Below, piece by piece: positions 25,534 to 36,017 of a stretch of 64,000 bases of DNA. The notes beneath the pieces are model-generated. The model saw nothing but the letters and a program-made list of their open reading frames with translations, was not told where the DNA came from and did not search any database. The translations under genes were made by a program, and so were the position numbers. This DNA is from a virus. Positions within the stretch are counted from its first letter, which is position 1. Every line of letters begins with the position of its first letter. The stretch lies in the IMG/VR virus record IMGVR_UViG_3300044638_004201, positions 9,790-73,789 of that record; one strand, given 5' to 3'.

Positions 25534-28500
25534 GTGAGCAGAATTCGCAGACTAAGTCACGCAATTTCAGAAGAGGGACGTCGCTCTCAATCAATGAGCC
25601 AGGCTCTTCGTATTCGTGAGTCAGCACTTTCTGTAATTGAACAGGCGAACACAAATGCTAATACTTCTCGCCGTATCACAAAGAAGGCAGCATTTACTGT
25701 AGTTCTTCGCTCACTTCAAGCAACACGTCATCTTCCATTCTCACTACGTGAGCATATGGCTTTGAAGGAACTTACTCAGTACATCAACCTTGCTCAAAAC
25801 AATAAGAACAACTCTTTAACTCTTTCACACACAGATTTACTTCCAATCTCACACCCACGCTCAACTCGTGACCACTCTCTTACAGCATCTGCTTTAGAAT
25901 CTTCTCGTGCTCGTTGGTTTGTTGATGACGCACGAATTACAGATGAACGTGCACGAGTAATTCTTGCATCAGCACTTACTTCAGAGTTTGGCTCTGTAGA
26001 ACACACTTACTACAACTCAATTCTTGCTGGTCTACCACAAGGAACTTTGCCAACCGAGACATTGCTTGCTGCTATGGGCGATGGAAATTCTCCAATTGCT
26101 CGTTCTCTTCGTGCAAAACTACAACGTCGTGACCGCAAAGGTCGATTCGCATACCAAGGCGGAGGTCTTCGTGCTCTAGTTCGTCGTGCTGGAAAAGTAT
26201 TTAGCGTTGTTGGTAAAACTCTTATGGACTCCAATGATGGAGAAAATGTTCTTGTAGAACTTCCAGATGGTCGAATTGCTAAAATTCCACCTTCAAAGGG
26301 CGAGTTCGTAAAAGCAATCCTTAATCCAACTGCTGACGGATTTAGCAAAGCACCAGTTCGTTATTCAGTTAGCGATGATGTAATAAACGAAGAAGATATT
26401 GAATTTGTTGAAGCACCAGACGGCTGGGAAAAATTAGGTGGCTACACTTGGAAGAATGAAGAGTGGAGAGTTACTAAGGATGATTTTGGTAATCTAACTG
26501 CAAGCAATGGCAAAGGCCCAATTATCGATGCCAAATCTTGGTCAGAGATTTTAGATAAGATTGATGAAATTGATAAGCCTTCTCAGGAAACAGAATTTCC
26601 AGAAGCAAAAGAACAACAAAAACAAAAACAAGAAATTATAAAACCTAAAGAAAAAGCAGCGGCTTTTGCTTTTGCTATTCCTGAAGGCGCAAAAATAATT
26701 AACCCAGATTCATCATATGACCCTGAAGGTCGTATTGATGAAGAGTCAACAGATTTTACTGATGACCCTGTAGAACTTGCACAAAAGTATGACCCTCGTG
26801 ATTTAGTTGCTGCTTTAGAAGAAGCAGTTATTCCAAAAGAAGATGGCGAAAACGCAACTGGCTATGGAGCACTTGGTTTCAATAACGGAGACGAGTTTGT
26901 TCCAGCAGAAGCATTGTTTTTTGCTCTTCAAGAGGCTGGCGAAGATGCTCCTCTAGAACTTGCAAGAATCTACGACAAAAAACTTGGAACTAAACAAAAC
27001 GAAGAAGCACTTGCTGACTTCCGTAAGGGCTCAGAGAATGTTAGTGGACCTAATCCAGATATTGCTGAAGCGTTTGAAAGAACTATTGAGCGCGACGCAG
27101 ATGAGGCACCAGCAGCAGAGATTCCAGATTTCAATAAAGAAGAGATGGACCTAGTTCCACTTCCAGTTGTATTAGATGGTCTTGGCGAAGCCGAGATGGC
27201 TGAATTTATGAAAACTAAAGACCACACTCCTTATCTTCCAAAAAATGATGATATTGATATGCCAGCGGGATATCACAAAATCAATCCTGAGCCATACCAA
27301 AACTGGAAAGAAGTTACTGAAGAAGACCAGAATGAAAATCTTCCAGTTGGATTTAGCGACAACCCTGTTTTCTTGGCGCAGTCTGTTGAAAAAGAAAAAC
27401 TTGTTGAAGAACTAAAGCGTGGTATTGAGCCAGGTAATCCAATTCCAGGACACGCAAACGTGTCTATGAAAGATGATGATGGCGAAGAGTTTGTAGCAAA
27501 CGTTCCTGTAGAAGCAGTGCGTGATGCTTTACAACTTCTTGGAGAAGATACAAACGCACTTGTTAAGTCAATTGCTGATGAAGGATTTGTTGGACAAGAA
27601 GAGCAACAAGCAGAACTTCCTCTAGACCTTCCAACTGAAGCAAAGCCAATGAATGCTTACGAGCGTTTGATGGCAGAGCAAGCAGCAGAAAGAAAGGCTG
27701 TCGAAGACCGCATAGCAGAACTAAAAGCCAATGCTGAAGCCCGTGTTGATGACCAAGGACGTAATGTTCCTGAGGGTTGGGGAATCTCACAAACAGTAGG
27801 AAGAATGTTTGGCCGTGCTCTTCCAGAAAACTATAACAACGTTTATGGTTTGAATAACTTTGAAGCATCTACTGATAAAGATGGAAAGATAACTGTAAAA
27901 GACCGCAATGGTCTTGTTGAACCAAAGACTTATGAAAACTGGGATGAAGTACAGGCAGACCTAGATGCTCGCAAGGCAGAGTATGCAAAAGCATCTCGTG
28001 AAAAAATTAAAGAGTTTGCTAAAGGCTATGGTTTTTCTGACGAACAGATTGCCGCTTTTGATTCAATGACTCAAGCGGAGATTGCAGATTTCTTCGCTAA
28101 CCCAGATAACCATACAGAAGCCTACAAGAGCGCTTTAGATGATTTTGAAACATCATGGGCAGTTGATATGCCTCGTCCTGCTCAAAGAGAACGCTGGGCA
28201 GCCTTTGGAAAAGAAAAGCGTATTTCAGAACAGGCTGGAGATTTCCCAGATGGAAATGCACCAGTTGCAGAACTTCCAGTTGCAGCAGAGCGCAAGCCAG
28301 GCACTGCTACAGAAGGTGAAAAAGGTTTAGACATTGTTTCTGTTCCAGAAAACAAAAACATTAGACCAGCAGCCCCAGATGATTTTGAGGTTGATGGATT
28401 ACAAGAGATTCCAGACGGATTTGAAGAATATCCAGCGGCAGCAAACGTTGCACCTGCTCCAGCCCCAGGGGACGGTGGAGATGGACCAACACCTCCAGGT

Positions 28501-31500
28501 GGAAATGGAAATAGACCACCAATTCGTATTACTGTAAAAGCAAAAGACATTTTGCCTGGTGATATTACTGTTGGCGACCATTTTGTAATTACAGAAGTTG
28601 GCGAGAAAGTTCCAGGAACAGATCGCATAAAGATTAAGGGTTACTACCCAGGCCATGTCGAACAAGATACAAAGCAGTGGAATGAATGGCGTGAGATTCC
28701 AGTAATTCGTGGCGCACAGGCTCCTGAAATGGGAGACCTACCAGTTCTTTCTAAGCCAAAAGAAAAAGATTTTGGTCGCAGAAAGAAAAACGCAGATGGC
28801 TCTTGGGGATTTGCTAAGGCAGAAGACCAAGCAGCCTTTGATGCTGCTCGTGCTGACTACGACATACAACTAGACGCAGCAAAGAAGCGTTTTGTTGACC
28901 CAACAGAACCAGCAAACCAGCCACATCGTGTTATCTCTCGTGCTGCTGATTTGAAGGCTGGAGATGTAACTACAGACCCTAAGAAGGGTCACTTTGTAAT
29001 TGAAAGAATTTTTGTTGACGAAAACACAAAGCCAGAGTTTGTCAGTGTTGAGGGTTACTACCCAGGACACGTCACTCAAAGAAAAGAGTGGAAGGCAAAC
29101 GGCCCTATCGATGTTATTCGTAACGTTGAACCACCTGCAAAGGGTGATTTAGAAGAGTTACACCAACCTCACAACGTTGTTGATGGTAAATGGCGTCCAG
29201 ATAAGGACCCTGCCAAGCGTGCAGAGCATCAGAAGAAACTTGATGAGGCCGCAGCCTTGTGGCAAGCACCAGCAGACCTTCCAGTTATTAACCAGAAGGA
29301 TAATGTTGCAGAGCAAGATAAAGATATTCCTAATGCTGTCGCTGTGCGACGCCCTACACCTCCACGTCAGATTGAAATGCCAGCCTTCCAAGGTGATATG
29401 GCTGCAATTGCTCGTGAAGCAGGTGGAGACTGGAATAAGTTCCGTGAACTTCTTAAGGATAAAGATTTAGTCTTCTTTGATTTTGAAACAACTGGAGTAG
29501 ATCCAGAAGATGGCAACGAGCCATGGCAAGTTGCTGGTGTTCGTGTTCGCAACGGTGAAATTATTGACCGCGTAAATATTTTTATGAACCCAGGTCGCTC
29601 TATTGCTGATACATATGCTGGTCGTGATACAGATGGAATCCCTAACGCTGTAGATGACAAGGGCAACAAACTCAATGATGATTTCTTAGGTCAGCAACCA
29701 AACCAAGAAGATGCAATGCGTCAGTTCTTGGAGTGGGCAGGACCAAATGCAATCTTCGGCGCACAAAATATGGTTTTTGATGATGAAGTTGCTCGTCGTC
29801 TTGCTGACCGTCATGGTCTTGACTGGGCTCCAGGAGGTCTATTAGACATTCTGCCAATGGCACGAGACATCTTCAAAGACCAACCTAAGGAAAACCGTCC
29901 TCAGGCTCCTAAGGGCCGTAAAAATCATTACGCTTTAGGAAACCTTGCTAAACATCTTGGCGTTGACTTAGAAAATTGGCACGCAGCAGATGCTGATGCA
30001 GAAGCAGCAGCAAAGATTTTCAATGCTCTTATTGACAAGGGAATTGAACTTGATGCTGGTAAAGATTTGTTTGATGTCGATGCTCGCAACGATGAGTATG
30101 TGGCAAAGATGGATGGATATAACGCAGCCTTCGATGCTTACGAAGGACAACTTGCTGAATACGCTGCTGCTAAGGCAATGCGAGATGGTCTCAATGGCAA
30201 GCCCGTAAACACTGATGGTGCTGTAAAAGATGCTGTTGGTACTCCAAACCCTGGCGAAAATATTGATGCTGGTCCTGTCGGCCTTGAGCCAGAACCAGTT
30301 CGTGCTCGTGATGAAGTTGTAGTTCTTGATTTCACACCTAACACGATGTTCCCTCAAGGAAAGATGAGAATGATGGACCGCGACTGGGTGCTTAACCCAG
30401 ACAACGCCGTTCTTCTACCTCGTGAAAATATTCGTATGCGTGATTTACTTCCTGGAGACTTTATGTCTTCTAAGGATGGAAACATTATCTGGCAAGTAGT
30501 TGCTCTTCGTGGTGGAGAAGAGTTTGGTCTTGAGCCAGGAAAAGTTAGAGTTTATCGACGTAATATTGAAAACGGAGAAGTTTCTACATACGAACATTTC
30601 CATACAGTGTTCTTAGACGGAGTTCGTCGTCCTAAGAATCCAGAAGATTTGAATGTTCCAGAAGTTATGCCAGAAGGTGAAGCAGCACCGTTTATTGCTA
30701 ACGACCCTGTTGATTTAGATAAGAATGCAGAAGAGGTAGGAGCAGAGAGAATTTGGCTTGATGCTTTTGGTCTTCCAGGCATTGGCATTGGCACAATTAT
30801 TATTGATAAGACACCTGGAGGAAGATTTGCACTTCGTGCACTTATCCACAATAGCGATGATGGAAATGAAATCTACAGAGTAGAAGAAGAGTACAGAACT
30901 GCTGAAGGTGCTAAAGCAGAGGGTGAAGCACTTATCAAACTTCATGCAAAAGATTTGCTTGACCAAAAGCGTAAGGAACAAGCAGAGCCAGAAGAGGCAC
31001 GAGCAAAAGATGTTCCTATTGCTCGCGGAGACATTCCAGGCGATGCCAACAATGCCCCACAAATTATTGAAGTACAAGACCTACCAGACAATCTTGCTGG
31101 AGACATCAAGATTCAAAACGTTGGCGACGAGAAGCCAGACTTCCAAGCAGACGCTGTTGTTCGTGACCTTGACGGAGATTTGTTAGCAAATCAGACTACA
31201 AATCATCCTGACAAAGATAAGGCAGAGAAAGAAGGCCGCGAGTTTATTGCTCGTGTAGTTGACGCTCTTCAAAATCCAGAACAACCAGTAGAAGATAAAG
31301 ATGCGCCAAAGAACATTAATGGAAGACCTGTTGGCACTAAAGCCCGCGTTAAATTTATACCGAGTGCTCCTGGAGTTCCTCCACGAGAAGAAGTTTATAT
31401 TCTTCAAGAAGATGGAAAGTGGAAGAACGAAGAAACAGGTGCAGTAAGAGATGAACTTCCTAAAGCCTGGTCTGCTGAAAAAGATGGTTTTGGACGCGGA

Positions 31501-34500
31501 GGATATAACGAACCTGTATTTGAAGAGCCAAAGAAGAAGAAAAAGAGAGAGCCAAAACCTCTATCTGAAGATGCAAAAGCAAAAATTGAAGAAGAAAAGG
31601 CAAAAGAAAAAGATAACGCTTGGGTTGAGGAAAACGCTGGTCGTTTAGCACCTATTGAAGCCCAAGAAGTTCAAGTTGGCGATTTCTTCTGGTCTCCATT
31701 CTGGGGTAACTTCGAGGAAGTTCTTGCAGCACGCTACATCGGTGTCCTTGATAGGTATGAATTCATGATTCAAAACCGTGTCAATGGAAGAATTGAACCT
31801 CGCTACTTCAAGGCTGACTCACCGCTTCGTAACATTCGTCGTCCTGGTGTTGAAGATCAAGAGTTTGAAATTATTGATGAGCCAAAGGGAACAAAAGCAG
31901 TTCCTGGAGCAAAGCGTGGACAAATTAAGCGTAAGCCTCTTGGAGAAAGAATTGTTGCTAAAGAGGGTCGCCCAATGGGTGGAAGATATAAAGAAGAAGG
32001 ATTCTACGAAGATAGAAATGGCATTGCCCTACAAGAGGGAGATGTTGTTCGCTTCAAGGACCCAGTAAAAAATGCTAAGTGGGGCCGTGGTGTTGTAAAG
32101 GCTCGTATGGGCGCACAAGTTGAAGAAGGTCAAAAGGCTGGTGGTCAAGGCCGTAAAGGAGTTATTTACCTAGACAAACTTATCATTCAATTTGAAGGTG
32201 AAGATGAAAAATGGGCATTCCGTCAAGGTGGCCGTGAACTGAAGGGTAGAAATCTTATTCTTCAAAAGGGAGATAACACTGACATTGTTCTTCCTGATTT
32301 CCGTGGACCAAAAGCAAAGCCAGTAGATCGTGGACTTGGCATTGAAGGTCCTGGCGGACGTGTTGTAAAAGAGCCTAAGGTAGAGCCAGCATTACCTAAA
32401 GCAGAAGACGACCAAAAGGCTAAAAAACTTAGAGCAAAAGAATTAGGACGTCAAGCATTTGCTAGAGGTGGTAGAGGAAATCAACTACCAGCAAACGACA
32501 AAGAGTTTATGGAAATGTGGGAGTTTGGACCTGCTGGACCTAATAAGGCTGAACTCTGGAACGAATGGCTTGCAGGGTTCCAAGAAGCAAAAGATGGGGC
32601 ACCTGTTGATGTAGAGCCACAAGAACCAGTACGGGCTCAGGGGCAAAGGATTCGTGCTTTAGTTGACCGAAACCTAGGTAGAGACAAAGAAGAAGATTTG
32701 AAAGAGCAAATTGAGCAAGCAATTGCTGATGGAGATGCTATTGCTTTTATGTACAACGGAAAAGCAAGAAACTTTACTCCTAAGCGCGTCTGGGTAAATC
32801 CACAAAATGGAAATGTAAATGTTGGTGGCTTTGAAGGTGGCCAAATGAAAAACTTTACAATTCAAAAAATGGACTTTATGCCAACTGATGAAAATGGAAT
32901 TGTAGAAGGTATTCCAGTAGAGGCTCCAGCCGCAGATAAGCCTGATGCTGATGCTGCTGATGCCAAATTAGAAAAATTCAAGGCTGACTTCGGGAACAAG
33001 TTTGACGACCTTGAGAATAGGGAAAATGTTGTCGCTGGGCTTCAGCAAATTGCTGATGCTCTTCCAAAAGCAAGAAACTACAAAGCCGCGTTAAACTTAA
33101 GAAACGCTCGTCAAGCACTAGATGATATTAATTCTAAATTTGCTGGAGGCGCTGGTGTAGACGAAATAAGCGAATACAATTTAGATGCAGCAATTCGCCG
33201 TTTGAGAAGAGAATCTAATGATGCTTTTGCTCAAGATGCAGCGGATAAACTTGAAAAAATATCTAAAGAGATAAAAGCAAAACGTCAAGAACTTGTCAAC
33301 AAGAGACTTGCTGCACCGCTTCCTGAACTCCCTGAGCCTAAGGGCGTAGACAAAGATGGAATGAAGAATGTTATCAATGAGATTATTCAAAGACTTCCAG
33401 AGTATGGAGACTATAACGCACGGAAGTCTGCTAATAGAGATGCTGGCATACAGAGAGATGCACTAAGAAAATATCTTAAGTCTATAGATCAAGATATGCT
33501 TGATTTGGATGACATCATTCATTCAGACTTAGAAGAAATCGCTAATGCTTTAAGAAGAGTCGCTAGTGTAGAAGCAAAGGACGGCAATCAGCCTAATGCT
33601 GATAAGTATGAAAACTTTGCTGACATATTAGATGGCTACCGCACAGAGTTAGAAAGTCGCGGTGGCGGTCCAGTAGTAAAGCAACCATTAAATAATCTAG
33701 ACCCTGAAGAAGTAGCAAAGCAAAGAATTGCTGATAAGGCAAACGAGTTTGCTCCTGTAGAAAAACTTCAAGCATTTATGGCTGATGATTTGAATGTTGA
33801 TAACGACAGACTTCTTCAACCATTCAAAGATGAATTACAAGAGTTTTTTGCCAACGGCGACCCTAAGCCACTAGCAATGTTAACTCCCGCTGCTCGTCAA
33901 GCACTTGGTTTTTTTGTTGGTAAGGCGCTGAAAGATTCTAATAATCCAGTTGATCCAGACAAGAGCGAAGAGGTAGTTAATAATCTTGGTGATTTGGCTG
34001 TACAACTTCACGCTGAAAGACTTGCTTTTACTCCTAACGCTCCTGATTTAGGGGTTGGCGATGCTCTTCTTGATATGGACTTTTCAAAGATAAAAGAACT
34101 AGGAGACTTCCTATACAGGAACAGAGTTGAAAGAGATGTAAAACTAAAAATAAACGGTCAAGACACTGGATTCAATATAAAAGTAGCAATCGATGAAGAT
34201 AAAGGTGTAAACACAACTTATTTCATAACTCATAGAGCGTCTGGTCGTAAGTTTGTTATGAAGTTAGACACTATGGTTGGAGAGCGTGGTGCTGACGCAG
34301 AAATTGCATCAGCGGCCCTTAATCGTGCTTTAGGAAACATTGGCGCTTATCAAGTATTCCGTCATAGGAGTAGAAGAGATGTAGTTGTCACATCCTGGGC
34401 TGGAGAAATGGTTGACTTTGAGTCAGAGCCAAAGCGTATCGGAGACACCAAGTACCTAAGACAACATGAACAAGCCGCGATGAACGGTGCTTTTGTAGAT

Positions 34501-34944
34501 GTTATTGGACTTGCTATTATGGATGCAATTCTTATCAATGGTGATAGACATAGAAATAATCTCCTTGTAGGAAAAGTAAAAAATCTTGATGGTGTAAATG
34601 CAAATGACGACACCGAAGCAGTTCAATTTATGGCTGTTGATCACGGACTAGCGGGACTTATCGTCAAAGGCGGAATGATGTCTCCAGACGATTACATCCA
34701 AGGCGCTGACAGTGACGATAGTCATAGAAGAGCAATAAATATTGCTTCTCAACTTGTCGACAAAATTGGCGTTGATTTGTACAAACGAATTAATGATATG
34801 ACCATACAGCAAGCAGTTCAAGCACTAGAACGAGAGCGCGGAAAAGACATTACTGACGCTGATTTAGATGCAATAATTAAAAGACTAGAACTTCTTCGTG
34901 GAATTGATAATTCCAAGTGGAAGCGCATATTGAGGAAAAGATAG
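25534..34944 (+). CDS. Giant (3136 aa) polyvalent head-module protein: DEDDh exonuclease, WYL-like domain, C-terminal PI3/4K/HipA-like kinase
   Basis: FDFETTG/QNMVFD/HAADAD (29461-30030); AIADGDAIAFMYNG..R.FTP (32698-32880); FVMK, AEIA, DRHRNN, VDHGL (34200-34944). Confidence 0.8.
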   Translation: MSRIRRLSHAISEEGRRSQSMSQALRIRESALSVIEQANTNANTSRRITKKAAFTVVLRSLQATRHLPFSLREHMALKELTQYINLAQNNKNNSLTLSHTDLLPISHPRSTRDHSLTASALESSRARWFVDDARITDERARVILASALTSEFGSVEHTYYNSILAGLPQGTLPTETLLAAMGDGNSPIARSLRAKLQRRDRKGRFAYQGGGLRALVRRAGKVFSVVGKTLMDSNDGENVLVELPDGRIAKIPPSKGEFVKAILNPTADGFSKAPVRYSVSDDVINEEDIEFVEAPDGWEKLGGYTWKNEEWRVTKDDFGNLTASNGKGPIIDAKSWSEILDKIDEIDKPSQETEFPEAKEQQKQKQEIIKPKEKAAAFAFAIPEGAKIINPDSSYDPEGRIDEESTDFTDDPVELAQKYDPRDLVAALEEAVIPKEDGENATGYGALGFNNGDEFVPAEALFFALQEAGEDAPLELARIYDKKLGTKQNEEALADFRKGSENVSGPNPDIAEAFERTIERDADEAPAAEIPDFNKEEMDLVPLPVVLDGLGEAEMAEFMKTKDHTPYLPKNDDIDMPAGYHKINPEPYQNWKEVTEEDQNENLPVGFSDNPVFLAQSVEKEKLVEELKRGIEPGNPIPGHANVSMKDDDGEEFVANVPVEAVRDALQLLGEDTNALVKSIADEGFVGQEEQQAELPLDLPTEAKPMNAYERLMAEQAAERKAVEDRIAELKANAEARVDDQGRNVPEGWGISQTVGRMFGRALPENYNNVYGLNNFEASTDKDGKITVKDRNGLVEPKTYENWDEVQADLDARKAEYAKASREKIKEFAKGYGFSDEQIAAFDSMTQAEIADFFANPDNHTEAYKSALDDFETSWAVDMPRPAQRERWAAFGKEKRISEQAGDFPDGNAPVAELPVAAERKPGTATEGEKGLDIVSVPENKNIRPAAPDDFEVDGLQEIPDGFEEYPAAANVAPAPAPGDGGDGPTPPGGNGNRPPIRITVKAKDILPGDITVGDHFVITEVGEKVPGTDRIKIKGYYPGHVEQDTKQWNEWREIPVIRGAQAPEMGDLPVLSKPKEKDFGRRKKNADGSWGFAKAEDQAAFDAARADYDIQLDAAKKRFVDPTEPANQPHRVISRAADLKAGDVTTDPKKGHFVIERIFVDENTKPEFVSVEGYYPGHVTQRKEWKANGPIDVIRNVEPPAKGDLEELHQPHNVVDGKWRPDKDPAKRAEHQKKLDEAAALWQAPADLPVINQKDNVAEQDKDIPNAVAVRRPTPPRQIEMPAFQGDMAAIAREAGGDWNKFRELLKDKDLVFFDFETTGVDPEDGNEPWQVAGVRVRNGEIIDRVNIFMNPGRSIADTYAGRDTDGIPNAVDDKGNKLNDDFLGQQPNQEDAMRQFLEWAGPNAIFGAQNMVFDDEVARRLADRHGLDWAPGGLLDILPMARDIFKDQPKENRPQAPKGRKNHYALGNLAKHLGVDLENWHAADADAEAAAKIFNALIDKGIELDAGKDLFDVDARNDEYVAKMDGYNAAFDAYEGQLAEYAAAKAMRDGLNGKPVNTDGAVKDAVGTPNPGENIDAGPVGLEPEPVRARDEVVVLDFTPNTMFPQGKMRMMDRDWVLNPDNAVLLPRENIRMRDLLPGDFMSSKDGNIIWQVVALRGGEEFGLEPGKVRVYRRNIENGEVSTYEHFHTVFLDGVRRPKNPEDLNVPEVMPEGEAAPFIANDPVDLDKNAEEVGAERIWLDAFGLPGIGIGTIIIDKTPGGRFALRALIHNSDDGNEIYRVEEEYRTAEGAKAEGEALIKLHAKDLLDQKRKEQAEPEEARAKDVPIARGDIPGDANNAPQIIEVQDLPDNLAGDIKIQNVGDEKPDFQADAVVRDLDGDLLANQTTNHPDKDKAEKEGREFIARVVDALQNPEQPVEDKDAPKNINGRPVGTKARVKFIPSAPGVPPREEVYILQEDGKWKNEETGAVRDELPKAWSAEKDGFGRGGYNEPVFEEPKKKKKREPKPLSEDAKAKIEEEKAKEKDNAWVEENAGRLAPIEAQEVQVGDFFWSPFWGNFEEVLAARYIGVLDRYEFMIQNRVNGRIEPRYFKADSPLRNIRRPGVEDQEFEIIDEPKGTKAVPGAKRGQIKRKPLGERIVAKEGRPMGGRYKEEGFYEDRNGIALQEGDVVRFKDPVKNAKWGRGVVKARMGAQVEEGQKAGGQGRKGVIYLDKLIIQFEGEDEKWAFRQGGRELKGRNLILQKGDNTDIVLPDFRGPKAKPVDRGLGIEGPGGRVVKEPKVEPALPKAEDDQKAKKLRAKELGRQAFARGGRGNQLPANDKEFMEMWEFGPAGPNKAELWNEWLAGFQEAKDGAPVDVEPQEPVRAQGQRIRALVDRNLGRDKEEDLKEQIEQAIADGDAIAFMYNGKARNFTPKRVWVNPQNGNVNVGGFEGGQMKNFTIQKMDFMPTDENGIVEGIPVEAPAADKPDADAADAKLEKFKADFGNKFDDLENRENVVAGLQQIADALPKARNYKAALNLRNARQALDDINSKFAGGAGVDEISEYNLDAAIRRLRRESNDAFAQDAADKLEKISKEIKAKRQELVNKRLAAPLPELPEPKGVDKDGMKNVINEIIQRLPEYGDYNARKSANRDAGIQRDALRKYLKSIDQDMLDLDDIIHSDLEEIANALRRVASVEAKDGNQPNADKYENFADILDGYRTELESRGGGPVVKQPLNNLDPEEVAKQRIADKANEFAPVEKLQAFMADDLNVDNDRLLQPFKDELQEFFANGDPKPLAMLTPAARQALGFFVGKALKDSNNPVDPDKSEEVVNNLGDLAVQLHAERLAFTPNAPDLGVGDALLDMDFSKIKELGDFLYRNRVERDVKLKINGQDTGFNIKVAIDEDKGVNTTYFITHRASGRKFVMKLDTMVGERGADAEIASAALNRALGNIGAYQVFRHRSRRDVVVTSWAGEMVDFESEPKRIGDTKYLRQHEQAAMNGAFVDVIGLAIMDAILINGDRHRNNLLVGKVKNLDGVNANDDTEAVQFMAVDHGLAGLIVKGGMMSPDDYIQGADSDDSHRRAINIASQLVDKIGVDLYKRINDMTIQQAVQALERERGKDITDADLDAIIKRLELLRGIDNSKWKRILRKR

Positions 34945-34953
34945 GATGACACT

Positions 34954-35715
34954 ATGACAATAAAAATATATCGCGGATATCCAGATAACGAAGTTTATAC
35001 TGGCTATAACTATGTGTTGTCTATCGTAGCAGCAGACTCCGATTTTATTTATATCTCAGACCCAGATAGTGGGTTTGATGATGAAAGAAAAGAGATGCTT
35101 ATTGATGTTATGAAGCATAATAAGAGAAGCCTTCCTAAAGATGCTGACGGCTGGGCTGCTCTTGCTATGTATAACATTTCTGGTCTCTCCTATAAAAATG
35201 TAACTGGAGATGAAGAAATTTCAGACGACTCCTATGACGAGGTTGTTATGGATGAAATTGTTTCTTTTGAAGATGCAAGAGAATTTAGAGCAAGTCAAGA
35301 AGAGCCAATGACCGCAGCAGTTGGAGATGCTTGCCCACCTGCTACTCAAGACATCGCTCTAAACCTAAAGAACCGTAAAAATGCTATTGACACTGCTATG
35401 TACGGTCCACTAAATCCAGATGAGCCAAATAATGAATATTGGCAAGCACTGGCAACAGAGTGGAGCGTAGATGTGGAAACTGCAAAGCAACAGCGCTGTG
35501 GTAATTGCGCTGTTTTCGTAGTCACATCATCAATGAAGGATTGCATCTCTCAAGGGCTGACTGGAGAAACTCAGTCCGATGAGTTTGATGCAATAGACGA
35601 GGCTGGAGAACTTGGATACTGCGAAGCATTCGATTTCAAATGTGCGTCTGCTAGAACCTGCCGTGCATGGGTTTCGGGAGGTCCAATTGATGACGAAAAG
35701 GCTAAGGAGCAGTAA
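34954..35715 (+). CDS. Hypothetical protein with C-terminal HiPIP-like Cys-rich domain
   Basis: CPPATQD, RCGNC, GYCEAFDFKCASARTCRAW. Confidence 0.65.
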   Translation: MTIKIYRGYPDNEVYTGYNYVLSIVAADSDFIYISDPDSGFDDERKEMLIDVMKHNKRSLPKDADGWAALAMYNISGLSYKNVTGDEEISDDSYDEVVMDEIVSFEDAREFRASQEEPMTAAVGDACPPATQDIALNLKNRKNAIDTAMYGPLNPDEPNNEYWQALATEWSVDVETAKQQRCGNCAVFVVTSSMKDCISQGLTGETQSDEFDAIDEAGELGYCEAFDFKCASARTCRAWVSGGPIDDEKAKEQ

Positions 35716-36014
35716 TGGCATTCTCACCAAACAATCCAGAGTTTCCAACTGACTTAATATGTCATTGCGACACTGACCTGGATGAGGCAGCATTTCTTAC
35801 TTACCAATCTGATGATGGTGATTTTTACCGCGACAAAGGTCAATGGAAAGAAATCTCATTAGAAGACGATTGGGAGTTAGATTTTGATGGTTTAATTATC
35901 GTATACGTAGACCCCGCCTTCATTTCTGTCTATGACGAAGCCGATGAGCAAGACTTGGCTATTCCGATTGAAGAAGTTGTGAAGTACGAGTCAGTAAGTC
36001 CAGAGACGGAGTAA
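35715..36014 (+). CDS. Acidic hypothetical protein
   Basis: ORF track; TAATG coupling. Confidence 0.6.
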   Translation: MAFSPNNPEFPTDLICHCDTDLDEAAFLTYQSDDGDFYRDKGQWKEISLEDDWELDFDGLIIVYVDPAFISVYDEADEQDLAIPIEEVVKYESVSPETE

Positions 36015-36017
36015 AAA

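Noticed and set aside
28520-31720. Intein/Hint domains suggested by A.DL..GD motifs in the giant protein
   Set aside because: No Cys/Ser block A start or C-terminal His-Asn seen; better explained as SH3-like repeats
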